A stretch of DNA of 20,618 bases from Cyanobacteriota bacterium (GCA_046045965.1 JBJOKS010000049.1:1-20618); one strand, 5' to 3'; counted from the stretch's first letter, positions 7,110 to 17,194 are shown. A program made the numbers and translations. Notes: generated by a model not told the origin, from the letters alone.

Positions 7110-10100
7110 TAAACCAGCACGACAGCGATCGCACCTCCTAAAGCTGCAAAAATACCGGAAACAAGCGCCGTTGCAAACAACCACCAGGCAGCATTAGCCG
7201 CAGCTTTTCGCGTTTCTTCTGCTTGACGCTGTGCTTGATGTTTGACTTGTTCTAGCCGATGTTGTGCTTCATGTTGTAGCTGTTCTGCTCGTTGTAAAAC
7301 CATATTCCGAGCGTGTTCAATTTGGTCAATAATGCGGTTAACTTCTGCCTCAGAAATATCTTCACGGGAACTAAAAATAGCTACTAAGGTTTCACGATTG
7401 AAAGATGAAAGGCGATCGCGCAAAGCTTCAAACCCGGCTTGGGGATCTGCAAACAATTGGCTTATATCATGTTTAATCCCATCATAATTAAGTTCCGGGC
7501 GTTCTAGAGAATTAAGATAATTACGAATACTAGCGAAAATGCCCTCAATCATATCCTGAATGCGTCGTTGAATACCCCGTACCTGTTCAACAAATTGGTC
7601 ACGCACTAAGATCATATTATCAGCAATTCCTGCTGCTTCTTCATCAGTGATATCTTCGCGAATTTTCAACAAAGAGATAATTGTTTCTCTGTCGAAATGT
7701 GAAAGGCGATCGCTAAAACTTTCCATTCCCACACTCGGATCATGCAATAATAAATGCAAATCTCGCTTGATGCCTTCCGGGTGCAATTCTTCCTTACCAG
7801 TAAGTCGTAAATACTCCTGCAAATAAGTTTGAAAAGTTTGCATTCTTTGTTGTGTTCTTGTTGCTAACCGACGCGGCGCACGGACTATATTTCTAATTGA
7901 TGTTTGCATAGCATCAATTATTTGATTAACTTGTTCCTCCCTCAAATCTTGACGTTGACTCAACAACTTCACCAAAGTATCTCTATCAATACGGGATAAC
8001 CGACGACGCAACCCCACAACACCCTCTCTAGGGTTTTCAAACAACCTGGTTAAATCTCGCTGAATACCTTCAGGATTCAATTCTTCTTTACCAGTATTTC
8101 GCAGGTAATTTGCAATAATAGAGGTTACAGAATCATATTGTTCCCGTGCTTTTTCCCCTACAAATTGCGGTATGTGGCGGATGCTATGCCATGATTCTTC
8201 AACTACATCAATAATTTGATTAATTTGTGTTTCATTTAAATCTTGACGTTGATTTAATAATTGTACCAAAGTATCTCGATCAAAGCGAGATAACCGCGCC
8301 CGAATGCCAATAATTCCAGCTTGTGGGTCTTCTAAAAGTCGTTTTAAATCAGCGCGAATAGCATCAGGATTTAATTGTTCTTTGCCTGTATTTCGCAAAT
8401 ATGATTCGACATTTAACCAGAGAGTTTCGGCTTGATGTTGTGCCTGTTGCGCCATTCCTAAAGATTCTACCAAAACGCGATCGCGCTGCATTTCTAATTC
8501 ATCTAAAATCGGATCTAAATCCCGTTCTTGAATATCATTGCGTGCTAACAGAATCTCAGCCATTTCTTCCCGTTCAACTTGTGCTAATCGTCGGGATAAA
8601 GTTTCATAATCTGCTTCTGAATCTGTCAACAACGGTTTAAAATTTTCCTCAATTCCTGCTGGTGTCAAATCTACTCTAGGAGTTACAAGTAAATAACTTT
8701 CAACTCGTCTTTGTAAATCTTGGACAATTTCTCTTTCTTCCTGTGCTACTATTGTCACAAAAACCTCATCGCGCACAGTTACCAATTGATCAGCAATCTG
8801 CTGAATTTGTGCTTGAGTTAATAATCCCTTAGCTTGCAAAATATTGACAAAATACTGCCGATTAATTTTCTCTAATTCCCTGCGTATTGCCCCAGGATCA
8901 GCAGCAGGATCATAAATCACATCTCGAAATTCTTGGGCAATTCTTTCTTGACTTAGCTGCCAAGGATGGGCGTTAAGTAGGTAGTTTTCAATATCCGCAC
9001 GAATCGGACTGTAAGGTTGTTCTGCAACTTGTTCTATGACTTTTTCTCTAGCAGTGCTGAGGGAACGCCAAATTTTTTCTACATCCAAATCTGTTAAATC
9101 TGCCCTACCTAAAACTACCCCAGTCAATGCCGATATTACTTGTTGCATCATCCCCGGCTTTTGTGCTGTTTCTTTAGAGGTATGAATTTCTGTAATTAAT
9201 TGATCAAGTTTAGCATTGAGTTCCTCTGTTTTAGTTTGTCCAGGGGGTAGAGATTTGAGATAATTAACTAACTCTCCCAAGCCTTCTGTCGTTGGTTTTT
9301 GCTGACTTACAACCTGTTGCCAAACGCCATATAAAGAATCAGCTATGCGGTTAACTTCTCGTTTGGATAAATCCGTCCGACTGCTGACTAAATCAATAAA
9401 CTGTTGACGGTTAATATTGCGGAGGTCTGGACTGGTAGAAATGGCTTTAAATTGTGGTTCACTCAATAATCTTTCAAACTCATCCCGAATTCTCGATATA
9501 TCAATTTCTGGAGGACGTAGTTTTTCTATGTACTCTTCTACGTTTTGGCGAATACTTGTTGGGGCAATGGCACTGCCTAATTCTCGACGCACAGCAGATG
9601 CAGCAGCTTCAGCCGTTGCTACCGCTTGCTGATTTACAGCCCTAGCCCCTAGTGCTGCTGTAGCTGTACCCATTATGGCTTGAAAACTGGAAGTGGCTGT
9701 ATTCACAACTGAGCCAATTAAAGAACCTACAGTAGTTGAACTTACCCACATTAGCAATAAAAAGTATGCACCCCAAATTACTAAACCTAAAATCGCGCCT
9801 AATCTGGGATCTAAAATTAATAGACTCAATTTTACAGCCAAAAAACAAGCAATGAATAAAGCAATTGTTACGGTGACTAATGTCCAAATCCCCAATCTCG
9901 TTCCAATTTTCCGAATCGTACCCCCCAAAGTTTCAACTTCCTGGGATTCGGATGGGTGTCCCAAATAAGAAATACCAGCTGCAATCGATAGATTTGTTAA
10001 CACTAATTGGAAGGCAAAAGCGAGAATTACCCCAGATATTAAAGCCACAAAAAAACGTGGACCGGAAGTGAGAACCGATGCCTGTGCTGGTGTGACGTTG

Positions 10101-10156
10101 GGGGCATTTACAGGTATTTGTGCCATCCACCATAAATGTTTGTACAGTTCCTGCAT
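7109..10156 (-). CDS. Large membrane-anchored helical repeat protein of unknown function (about 3 N-terminal TMs, ~98-aa repeats, 1 C-terminal TM)
   Basis: Repeat consensus YLRNTGKEELNPEGIxRDLxxLFxDPxxGxxxLRxRLSxFDRxTLVxLLSQRQDL at ~294-nt period; hydrophobic ends. Confidence 0.85.
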   Translation of the reverse strand: MQELYKHLWWMAQIPVNAPNVTPAQASVLTSGPRFFVALISGVILAFAFQLVLTNLSIAAGISYLGHPSESQEVETLGGTIRKIGTRLGIWTLVTVTIALFIACFLAVKLSLLILDPRLGAILGLVIWGAYFLLLMWVSSTTVGSLIGSVVNTATSSFQAIMGTATAALGARAVNQQAVATAEAAASAVRRELGSAIAPTSIRQNVEEYIEKLRPPEIDISRIRDEFERLLSEPQFKAISTSPDLRNINRQQFIDLVSSRTDLSKREVNRIADSLYGVWQQVVSQQKPTTEGLGELVNYLKSLPPGQTKTEELNAKLDQLITEIHTSKETAQKPGMMQQVISALTGVVLGRADLTDLDVEKIWRSLSTAREKVIEQVAEQPYSPIRADIENYLLNAHPWQLSQERIAQEFRDVIYDPAADPGAIRRELEKINRQYFVNILQAKGLLTQAQIQQIADQLVTVRDEVFVTIVAQEEREIVQDLQRRVESYLLVTPRVDLTPAGIEENFKPLLTDSEADYETLSRRLAQVEREEMAEILLARNDIQERDLDPILDELEMQRDRVLVESLGMAQQAQHQAETLWLNVESYLRNTGKEQLNPDAIRADLKRLLEDPQAGIIGIRARLSRFDRDTLVQLLNQRQDLNETQINQIIDVVEESWHSIRHIPQFVGEKAREQYDSVTSIIANYLRNTGKEELNPEGIQRDLTRLFENPREGVVGLRRRLSRIDRDTLVKLLSQRQDLREEQVNQIIDAMQTSIRNIVRAPRRLATRTQQRMQTFQTYLQEYLRLTGKEELHPEGIKRDLHLLLHDPSVGMESFSDRLSHFDRETIISLLKIREDITDEEAAGIADNMILVRDQFVEQVRGIQRRIQDMIEGIFASIRNYLNSLERPELNYDGIKHDISQLFADPQAGFEALRDRLSSFNRETLVAIFSSREDISEAEVNRIIDQIEHARNMVLQRAEQLQHEAQHRLEQVKHQAQRQAEETRKAAANAAWWLFATALVSGIFAALGGAIAVVLV

Positions 10157-10663
10157 GATTTGTATTTCCTGCCTCTAAGTTTCTCTTTAAATTTAAATTT
10201 GCTTTCATTAAGGATTTAGTTGTATCTATGGCAATATCCAAGTCCCGCAGCTTTCAGAATCCAGTAACTGAGCCATTATTAGCATCTCTCCCAGGTTGGA
10301 TACCCTTATGTAACGCTAGATAGAACTTGAATATATTGTTATTGTTAATTAGTGTTAAAATCTGGAATTTTTTTAAATAAATATTGTTATTTAGTAAATC
10401 ATACATTTTGAAGTTCTTCTTGCTTAAATCATGAATTAATTATCTTGATTTACACCTACTTTATAATTAAATTAATTGTCACCTTCTCCAGGTGGATTTT
10501 TTCGTGCAAATAAATTCCTGATTATCTTCCACAAGAGTGCCTCTAGTTTGTTCCTATAGGCATAAAGCAGCTTTGTGTGTAAAAGGTAAATTTAAGTTAA
10601 GCATTAAATTCTTGAGGAAAAAAGTTTCAAAATCTCAAACTTGCTTAATTTTGGAGGTAAAAA

Positions 10664-10867
10664 ATGGAAACTCGCTCATCTACCGATATACCACCAGTTG
10701 CTAAAGCCTATAATGGTGTAGACCGTAACGCCTTTATTTTTGGTTGGAATCCCCAAGCTGAATTATGGAATGGACGCTTGGCAATGATTGGATTTTTAGC
10801 CTACTTGCTTTGGGATTTAGCAGGCTATAGCGTTCTCCGTGATGTGCTGCACATTATGAGATATTAG
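10664..10867 (+). CDS. High-light-inducible protein (Hlip/SCP, chlorophyll a/b-binding family)
   Basis: FGWNPQAELWNGRLAMIGF (ExxNGRxAM motif), one TM, GGAGG RBS. Confidence 0.93.
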   Translation: METRSSTDIPPVAKAYNGVDRNAFIFGWNPQAELWNGRLAMIGFLAYLLWDLAGYSVLRDVLHIMRY

Positions 10868-10871
10868 ATAA

Positions 10872-10920
10872 AAAATAGGAGTCAGAAGGCAATTAAAACA
10901 TAATTTCTGACTCCTATTTT
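10872..10920. terminator. Bidirectional terminator-like hairpin between convergent genes
   Basis: Perfect 16-bp inverted repeat AAAATAGGAGTCAGAA / TTCTGACTCCTATTTT with a 17-nt loop. Confidence 0.75.
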
Positions 10921-10993
10921 CTCATAGATTTATAGGAAATTCGTACCAAACTCAAGTAGGCTTTCTATATTTTTTTATGGGTATTTTCCCCAC

Positions 10994-12331
10994 TTAAAGG
11001 AAAAACCGAATCAAAACATATAAACCCGCAGTCACAAGTTGTAATAAAGTAATGGGAATTCCATAATGTAGAAAAGTTTTAAAAGAAATGCGTTTTCCAT
11101 GTTGTTCAGCGATTCCAGCAGCGACAATATTAGAAGATGCTCCCACCAAAGTACCATTTCCTCCTAACGTTGCGCCAAACATCATGGCATAAAACAATGG
11201 TAAAACTTCTGGGGGAAACTGTCCTTCAAAATCCGCTGCTAAAATTTCTGCTGGTGCTAATCCTACATTTACAAGATATTGTTTAAGTAAAGGAACCATT
11301 GCCACTACTAAAGGAATATTAGGTACAACACTCGATAATATCCCCACCACAAATAACAAAACTAGAGAACCCAGCAAAATATTTTTACCCAAAATAATCC
11401 CCAAAACACCTGACAAACCTTGAATAACTCCTGTTTTATCTAATCCACCAATTAATACAAAAATGCTCATGAAAAATATTAAGGTACTCCAATCTACATC
11501 TCGCAATATATTATGAACTGAATCAATTCTGCTTTTTTGAGCTAGTAATAAAGCTAAAGCTGCACCTAACAAAGCTACGGCAGCAGGGGAAATAGGGATT
11601 GGTAAAGATTCGCCAATGACGAAAAATATCAACACAAAAACTACAATAAATGCACCTGCTATTAAAACTCGTGGATGATTGATTTGTGGATGGGGTAATT
11701 CTGCTAAATCATCTAAGTTTTTATTCCAAATTTTTCTAAATAAAATAGGGAGTGTCACTACCACAGTCAAAACAGAAATTACTCCTCCTAAACTCAGCCG
11801 CGATAAATAATCTATAAAGCTAATATTTACAGCATCACCAACAATAAATGTGGCTGGATCTCCTACTAAAGTCAATAATCCTGCACTGTTAGCAACAAAC
11901 ACCATCAAAATTAATAAAGGCACAAAATTAACGCCTATTTCTTCTGCCATTGGGGGAATTAATGGCGCTAATAACATGACTGTAGTAGCGTTGGGTAAAA
12001 CAGCACAAATTGGCGTAACTAATGCCACTATACCTAATAGTAGTTTTTTGCCACTTCCTTGAGCAAGAATAACTATTTGTGTTGCTATATAACTAAAGAT
12101 ATTAGTCGGTTCAAATGCTCTAACTAACACCATTACTCCAAAAAATAAACCCAAAGTTCCATAACTTTTACCAATATAACTAACGGCTTCTGGTAAAGTC
12201 ATGATATTAGTAAACACTAATATTAATGCCCCCAAGAGAGCAGCGACTGTCAAATCAATCCATTCTGTCATGATGACAACAATGACAGTAATAAATGTGA
12301 TGATACTCAGAATAGCTGGCCAATTTTCCAT
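10994..12331 (-). CDS. ArsB/NhaD (ion transporter superfamily, SLC13/P-protein-like) permease
   Basis: Multi-TM 445 aa; PNATTVMLLAP, ANSAGLLTLVGDPATFI, VDWSTLIFF, GATLGGNGTLVGASSNIV. Confidence 0.9.
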   Translation of the reverse strand: MENWPAILSIITFITVIVVIMTEWIDLTVAALLGALILVFTNIMTLPEAVSYIGKSYGTLGLFFGVMVLVRAFEPTNIFSYIATQIVILAQGSGKKLLLGIVALVTPICAVLPNATTVMLLAPLIPPMAEEIGVNFVPLLILMVFVANSAGLLTLVGDPATFIVGDAVNISFIDYLSRLSLGGVISVLTVVVTLPILFRKIWNKNLDDLAELPHPQINHPRVLIAGAFIVVFVLIFFVIGESLPIPISPAAVALLGAALALLLAQKSRIDSVHNILRDVDWSTLIFFMSIFVLIGGLDKTGVIQGLSGVLGIILGKNILLGSLVLLFVVGILSSVVPNIPLVVAMVPLLKQYLVNVGLAPAEILAADFEGQFPPEVLPLFYAMMFGATLGGNGTLVGASSNIVAAGIAEQHGKRISFKTFLHYGIPITLLQLVTAGLYVLIRFFL

Positions 12332-12463
12332 AGAATCCTCCCTGATAATGTTATTGATTGAAAAGTAGCGAAAAAGTCACCTAGACTATAGGCGACTTAA
12401 TAATTTATGATTTGATTATTTGTGTATGGGTGTTAAAAATCTATGTCTGCAATTCTCTTGTGA

Positions 12464-13099
12464 TTAATCAAGACAACTGGGAATACCCAACACAGCACAA
12501 GGAAAATTAGGATCTAATCTATTAATCACAGGATGATTGATAGATTGACAACCTAAAACCAAAACATCAGCAGCTTCTAACTCGACAACTTTTTTCAACT
12601 CAGTGGCTAAGTTGCCAAACCGCAGATGAGATTTAAAATAACTCTGCCATTCATGACCTAAACTTTTAGCTTGCCAAAGAATTTTATCTGCTTTATCTGG
12701 CCATGAATTGCTCATTAAATCTGGTTTTGGTTTAGTTAATACCAGTGTATTTGATTGCTGTTGTTCACAATCTGGATATTCTAAAGCAAGTTGCTTTTGG
12801 GGCAAATTTAAGTTATAATGAGAATAACTAATTGACTGTTCTTCTATGACATAAACAGCCTGTACATTGACTTGAATGTTAGTAGCTAAATGGGTTTGAT
12901 GAGCAATACAAAAAGCAATATCTAAGGCTGTATGACTATTAGGTGAAGCATCATAGCCAACCATTAAAGTGAGAGATTTTGTTTGTGAATCTTTTTCACT
13001 AGCGCATTTTTGAGTATCTGGTAGTAATACCATTTGCTCAATGAGGTCATAGCGACCAATGGCACTTTGCAATCTTGCTAACAATGGCTTAACTTTCAC
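12464..13099 (-). CDS. Universal stress protein (USP) family protein
   Basis: LMVGYDASPNSHTALDIA and GNLATELKKVVELEAADVLVLGC..CAVLGI; likely start GTG 13099 after AAGGGAGAG (ORF track starts at 13153). Confidence 0.85.
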   Translation of the reverse strand: MKVKPLLARLQSAIGRYDLIEQMVLLPDTQKCASEKDSQTKSLTLMVGYDASPNSHTALDIAFCIAHQTHLATNIQVNVQAVYVIEEQSISYSHYNLNLPQKQLALEYPDCEQQQSNTLVLTKPKPDLMSNSWPDKADKILWQAKSLGHEWQSYFKSHLRFGNLATELKKVVELEAADVLVLGCQSINHPVINRLDPNFPCAVLGIPSCLD

Positions 13100-13152
13100 A
13101 GCTTTAACTTCTCTCCCTTGAAACGAATTATGAATGAGAAGCAGGGATGCCA

Positions 13153-13222
13153 ATTTTGGATTTTAGATTTGATATTTTAGATTTATCTGCAATCTAAAAC
13201 CATTAATCCAAAATCTCCAATT
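13153..13222. repeat. Inverted STRR heptamer array forming a hairpin in the usp leader
   Basis: ATTTTGG/ATTTTAG units facing AATCTAAAA/ATCCAAAAT units. Confidence 0.65.
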
Positions 13223-13270
13223 GATTAAGGAAACCCCAATAACAACTGGTATTACAGCCAAGGTTTTGGG

Positions 13271-13400
13271 GGTTCCTTCCATTGCCGACGGAGTTAGCTG
13301 ACGGGCTAAGACTGGAAGGTGTCTCTCAATTAAGATTAGCCCCAATTATTTGGTTCCTCCGTTCCAAATTCAGCTTTCATGAATTTGAATTAGGCTACCC
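13271..13400 (-). ncRNA. c-di-AMP (ydaO/yuaA) riboswitch upstream of usp and the permease
   Basis: Minus strand GCCTAAT..GGAACGGAGGAACCA..TTGGGGCTAATC..ACCTTCCAGTCTTAGCCCGTCAGCTAACTCCGTCGGCAATGGAAGGAA matches the family consensus; boundaries approximate. Confidence 0.9.
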
Positions 13401-13517
13401 ACAGGGTTTTGCGAAATTTAAAAGTGAAAAGTTAAGATGTTCAAAATCTCAACTTTTCACTTTTTAAAGTGTAGCTTATATTTCCAAAATTGTATACCCA
13501 TCAAATCATCATTTCAG

Positions 13518-13723
13518 GACTTACCGAAGAAAGGCAGGAGGCAGAAGGCAGAAAATACAATTTTTGTCCTCTGCCAAAAGGGTTTAAAGCCCCTAAATTT
13601 ATCGAAACAATGGGGTCTAAAACCACGCCTTTTAAGGCGAAAAGTTTTTGGAGCTTGGCATAAATCCCCTTTACAAAAAAGGCCTCCTGCCCCCTGCCTT
13701 CTGCCTCCTGCCTTCGTTAAGTC
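13518..13723. mobile_element. Non-autonomous inverted-repeat element (~205 bp) with STRR-like arms
   Basis: Perfect 21-bp IR AAGGCAGGAGGCAGAAGGCAG (13531-13551 / 13694-13714); outer GACTTACCGAAG / CTTCGTTAAGTC; internal small hairpins. Confidence 0.65.
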
Positions 13724-14558
13724 ACTCTTCTGAAGTAAAGTAGCGGTCTAGGAAATTTAGAGCGTGATTACGGAGTTCAAAGTATTCTTTAGAATTGCGA
13801 ATTGCACTTCTGTCGCGTGGACGCTTAAACGGAACTTTGAGGATTTCTCCGATATTAGCGGCTGGTCCATTGGTCATTAAAACAATGCGGTCTGACATAT
13901 AAATTGCTTCATCTACATCATGGGTAATCATCATTACTGCTTGACGATGATTTTCCCAGATATCCAATACCTGACGCTGCAATTTTCCACGAGTTAAAGC
14001 ATCCAAAGCTCCAAAAGGTTCATCCATTAATAACATTTTAGGACGAATTGCCAAAGCTCTAGCAATACCTACTCTTTGTTTCATACCGCCAGAAATTTCA
14101 TCGGGATACTTATCGGCAGCCGCCATTAAGTTTACCATTGCTAAATGCTCATTGACAATGCTAATTTTTTCGGCACGATTAGCATTTTTTATCACTTCAT
14201 CCACAGCTAAACGGATATTTTCGCGCACCGTTAACCACGGTAACAATGAATAATTTTGAAACACCATCATTCTATCTGCGCCTGGTTTGCGGATTTCTTT
14301 ACCATCTAAGCGGACTGAGCCAGATGTCGCTTTTTGAAACCCACCAATTATTTTTAGTAATGTTGATTTTCCACAACCAGAATGACCGATTACAGAAATA
14401 TACTCATCTTCACCAATTGTCAGATTAACACCATCTAAAACTACAGCATCTTCTTTGTCTGGTTTTGGGTAAGATTTAACCAAATTTTCAATTTCTAGAA
14501 ATCCATGCTGGGGCTTAACTTCTTGATAAGACTCGTTTGAAAAGGAGGTATATTGCAT
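13722..14558 (-). CDS. Nitrate/bicarbonate/cyanate-type ABC transporter ATP-binding protein (NrtD/CmpD-like)
   Basis: Walker A GHSGCGKST, VFQNYSLLPW, ISGGMKQRVGIARAL, Walker B LLMDEPFGALD, ITHDVDEA. Confidence 0.93.
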   Translation of the reverse strand: MQYTSFSNESYQEVKPQHGFLEIENLVKSYPKPDKEDAVVLDGVNLTIGEDEYISVIGHSGCGKSTLLKIIGGFQKATSGSVRLDGKEIRKPGADRMMVFQNYSLLPWLTVRENIRLAVDEVIKNANRAEKISIVNEHLAMVNLMAAADKYPDEISGGMKQRVGIARALAIRPKMLLMDEPFGALDALTRGKLQRQVLDIWENHRQAVMMITHDVDEAIYMSDRIVLMTNGPAANIGEILKVPFKRPRDRSAIRNSKEYFELRNHALNFLDRYFTSEE

Positions 14559-14600
14559 GATTTTAAAAATCCTGAATTAGTTAATATTAGATATTGAAAA

Positions 14601-16043
14601 TTAAGACATGAAAAAACGATTGGGAGCGTTTGCTTTGATTGCAAAACTATTTAGATAACCTACAGGATCGCTAGGGTCAAAACCTTTGTTATCTATGAAT
14701 AATTCTGGTGGTTCAACTTTATAATCATCCTGGGGGCATTGAATTCCCATTTCTGCGGCAATCTCCCGATATAAATCGGTTCTCCAGCCTTTTTCGGCTA
14801 GTTGAACTGCATTTTTGGGAACTTCTTTAATTTGTCCCCAGCGTGCTGCTTGAGTCATTAACCAGATGCTTTGGGAACGCCATAAAAATGTTGAATGTTC
14901 TCCTGTTTGTTGGGGAATATTTTTAGGAACATCAAAGAAAATTGTAGAGTCAGATGCTTTAATAGTCCGGTCTTTACCATCAAAGCCACCATAGTTGTAA
15001 TTGCCAACAATTCCCGGAGAAGTTAACTTAGTTAAAGGCTCATTTTTCTGTTTGGGTTTTGCACCTGTAAAGGATATTTCTGTTAGTAATTGAGCTACTT
15101 CTTGGCGATTTTCAGGTTTACCGCAATACTGACAAGCTTCAATCATTGCCTTCACTAAAGAACGATAGGTTTTAGGATAATTGTTGATGAAAGATTCCAT
15201 TACTCCTAACAGTCTATCTGGGTGTCCTTGCCAAACTTCTTTACCTTGAGCGAATGTAAAACCAATACCTTCGTTACCTTGAATTGCTCTGGTATTCCAA
15301 GGTTCAGCTACCATGTAAGCTTGCATAGAACCAATTCTCATGTTTGTCACCATTTGCGGTGGAGAAACAATGATGACCCGAAATTCTTTGAAAGGGTCTA
15401 CACCAGCAGCAGCAGATATATAACGAACAAAGTATTCGTAAATAGCAGAACTCAAAACTACCGCCCAAATTTTCTTTTCTGGGGATTGTTGGTTAAAATA
15501 ACCCCGGAAGTCTTTACCAAAAGCTTCTAAAGCACCATCACCATATTTTTGCTGATATTCGTACCAAGGACGTATCCCAAAGTCCCACATCTCTTTGTTC
15601 ATGGTCATGGCGTTACCATGTCGGTGTATGGTCATAGCCGCACATAGGGGGGCATGACGCGCACCTTCTGCACCTATTCTGGCGTTAGTGACAGCACCGG
15701 AAACGACGGGTGCAGCATCAAGACGACCAAAAATTAAGCCGTCGCGGGAGTTTCCCCAACTAGCTTCGCGGTTGAGTTTGACATTTAAACCATATTTGCG
15801 GAAGAAACCTTTTTTCCAAGCGATCGCAAATGGCGCACAATCATTAACAGGAACATAACCAACAGTAATATCCGGTTTTTCTAAATCTTGGGGTCTAACT
15901 AAGGGTTCTACAGCTAAAGCAGCTTCTGTCAGTCCGTTAACAGACTTATCCCCAAATTTCCCACAGGATGACAAAGCTATTCCCGCAGTTGTTAAACCTA
16001 TTCCCTTGATAAAATCTCTGCGAGTCCAATTATTTTCATTCAT
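14601..16043 (-). CDS. CmpA/NrtA-family ABC substrate-binding lipoprotein, Tat-exported
   Basis: TRRDFIK Tat motif, LSSC lipobox, LEKPDITVGYVPVNDCAPFAIA..KGFFRKYGL, PPQMV, EPWN, WQGHP. Confidence 0.92.
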   Translation of the reverse strand: MNENNWTRRDFIKGIGLTTAGIALSSCGKFGDKSVNGLTEAALAVEPLVRPQDLEKPDITVGYVPVNDCAPFAIAWKKGFFRKYGLNVKLNREASWGNSRDGLIFGRLDAAPVVSGAVTNARIGAEGARHAPLCAAMTIHRHGNAMTMNKEMWDFGIRPWYEYQQKYGDGALEAFGKDFRGYFNQQSPEKKIWAVVLSSAIYEYFVRYISAAAGVDPFKEFRVIIVSPPQMVTNMRIGSMQAYMVAEPWNTRAIQGNEGIGFTFAQGKEVWQGHPDRLLGVMESFINNYPKTYRSLVKAMIEACQYCGKPENRQEVAQLLTEISFTGAKPKQKNEPLTKLTSPGIVGNYNYGGFDGKDRTIKASDSTIFFDVPKNIPQQTGEHSTFLWRSQSIWLMTQAARWGQIKEVPKNAVQLAEKGWRTDLYREIAAEMGIQCPQDDYKVEPPELFIDNKGFDPSDPVGYLNSFAIKANAPNRFFMS

Positions 16044-16054
16044 AATTGTCTACA

Positions 16055-16082
16055 ATTTTGGATTTTGGATTTTGGATTTTGG
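16055..16082. repeat. STRR heptamer (ATTTTGG)x4
   Basis: Four exact tandem copies just upstream of the substrate-binding gene. Confidence 0.9.
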
Positions 16083-16216
16083 ATGATGCAAAATTTAATG
16101 GATAAGCTTTGTAAGCTTCCATATTTTGAAATCATTTTGCAAATTAGTATCAGTTTTCTCTCTCAATGTGAAGCATCTTGCCTGTCATCGCTTTGACTAA
16201 ATTTTTGCCGTTTTCA

Positions 16217-16237
16217 CTGTTCCCTATTCCCTGTTCC
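16217..16237. repeat. STRR heptamer (CTRTTCC)x3
   Basis: CTGTTCC CTATTCC CTGTTCC just downstream of the permease stop. Confidence 0.8.
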
Positions 16238-16240
16238 CTT

Positions 16241-17092
16241 TTACTTCACACTTCCTGGACGGTGAGTAACTAATTCTTGAAGCTTACCCACAGCGTAATC
16301 TAAAACCAAGCCAGTTAAGCCAATTACAAACACAGCTAAAAATACAGAACTGAGATTTAAACGACTCCATTCATCCCAAACAAAAAACCCAATTCCCACA
16401 CCACCTGTCAACATTTCTACAGCCACAATTACCAACCAAGCAATACCTAAACTAATTCGCAAACCTGTAAAAATATAGGGCAAACTAGCAGGCCAAATAA
16501 TTTTGATCATCTGCCGCCAACGTGGCATTTCTAACACTTGTGCCACATCTAAATAATCTTTGGAAACACTAGCCACTCCCAAGGCTGTATTAATAATAGT
16601 TGGCCAAAGGGAAGTAATGAAAATCACAAAAATAGCTGAAGGATCAGCCAAATTGAAGATAGCTAAGGAGATAGGCAACCAAGCTAGGGGTGAAACAGGT
16701 TTAAATATCTGAATAATAGGATTAAAAGCCAGCATTGCTGGTCTAGACATCCCAATTAAAAAGCCCAAGGGAATTGCTACTAATGCACCCAAACCAAATC
16801 CTAATATGACCCGGCGTAAACTTGCTAATAATAACCAACCAATTCCTAAATTACCTGGTCCTCGTTCATAAAAGGGATTTAAAATGTAGTCAAGATTAGC
16901 AATTAAAGCTTCTGGTGGTGTCGGCATTAATTCACGATTAGCAATTGCTACTATCCACCACAGGATAATTATCCCCGAAAACCCCACAACAGGCAATAAA
17001 AACTCATCCCGAAAAATGACAGGTTTTGCTTTTTTCCACGCAAATTGTCCAGCAACTGCAAAAATTGCAGCTAAATTCAGTTGCAAAATCAT
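16241..17092 (-). CDS. Nitrate/bicarbonate-type ABC transporter permease (NrtB/CmpB-like)
   Basis: SLRRVILGFGL, IPLGFLIG, PVSPLAWLPI, WPTIINTALGV, SLPYIFTGLRISLGIAWLVIVAVEML, GIGFFVWDEW. Confidence 0.93.
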   Translation of the reverse strand: MILQLNLAAIFAVAGQFAWKKAKPVIFRDEFLLPVVGFSGIIILWWIVAIANRELMPTPPEALIANLDYILNPFYERGPGNLGIGWLLLASLRRVILGFGLGALVAIPLGFLIGMSRPAMLAFNPIIQIFKPVSPLAWLPISLAIFNLADPSAIFVIFITSLWPTIINTALGVASVSKDYLDVAQVLEMPRWRQMIKIIWPASLPYIFTGLRISLGIAWLVIVAVEMLTGGVGIGFFVWDEWSRLNLSSVFLAVFVIGLTGLVLDYAVGKLQELVTHRPGSVK

Positions 17093-17194
17093 CTTGTAAC
17101 CTCAACAGAGTTCAGTACAGATACACTGAATCTGAGCAGTACCAGCCTTGGACACTGATGAGATCAAAACATTATCAAAATGCTGTCTCTTCAG

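Noticed and set aside
7242..10241. Short antisense or alternate-frame ORFs inside the 1015-aa gene (and similar ones in the proteases, VWD gene, transporters and ftsH)
   Set aside because: Shadow ORFs with no recognisable motifs, overlapping well-supported genes.
10560..10663. HLR1 (RpaB) site upstream of the Hlip gene
   Set aside because: Only weak TTAC-like half-sites without the proper direct-repeat spacing.
13163..13733. Short ORFs 13163-13345, 13282-13467 and 13437-13733
   Set aside because: They overlap the riboswitch and repeat element and translate repeat sequence; likely spurious.
13722..17092. Assigning nrtABD, cmpABD or cynABD symbols
   Set aside because: Gene order, missing C subunit, missing nir/nar/cynS context and riboswitch control leave the substrate unsupported.
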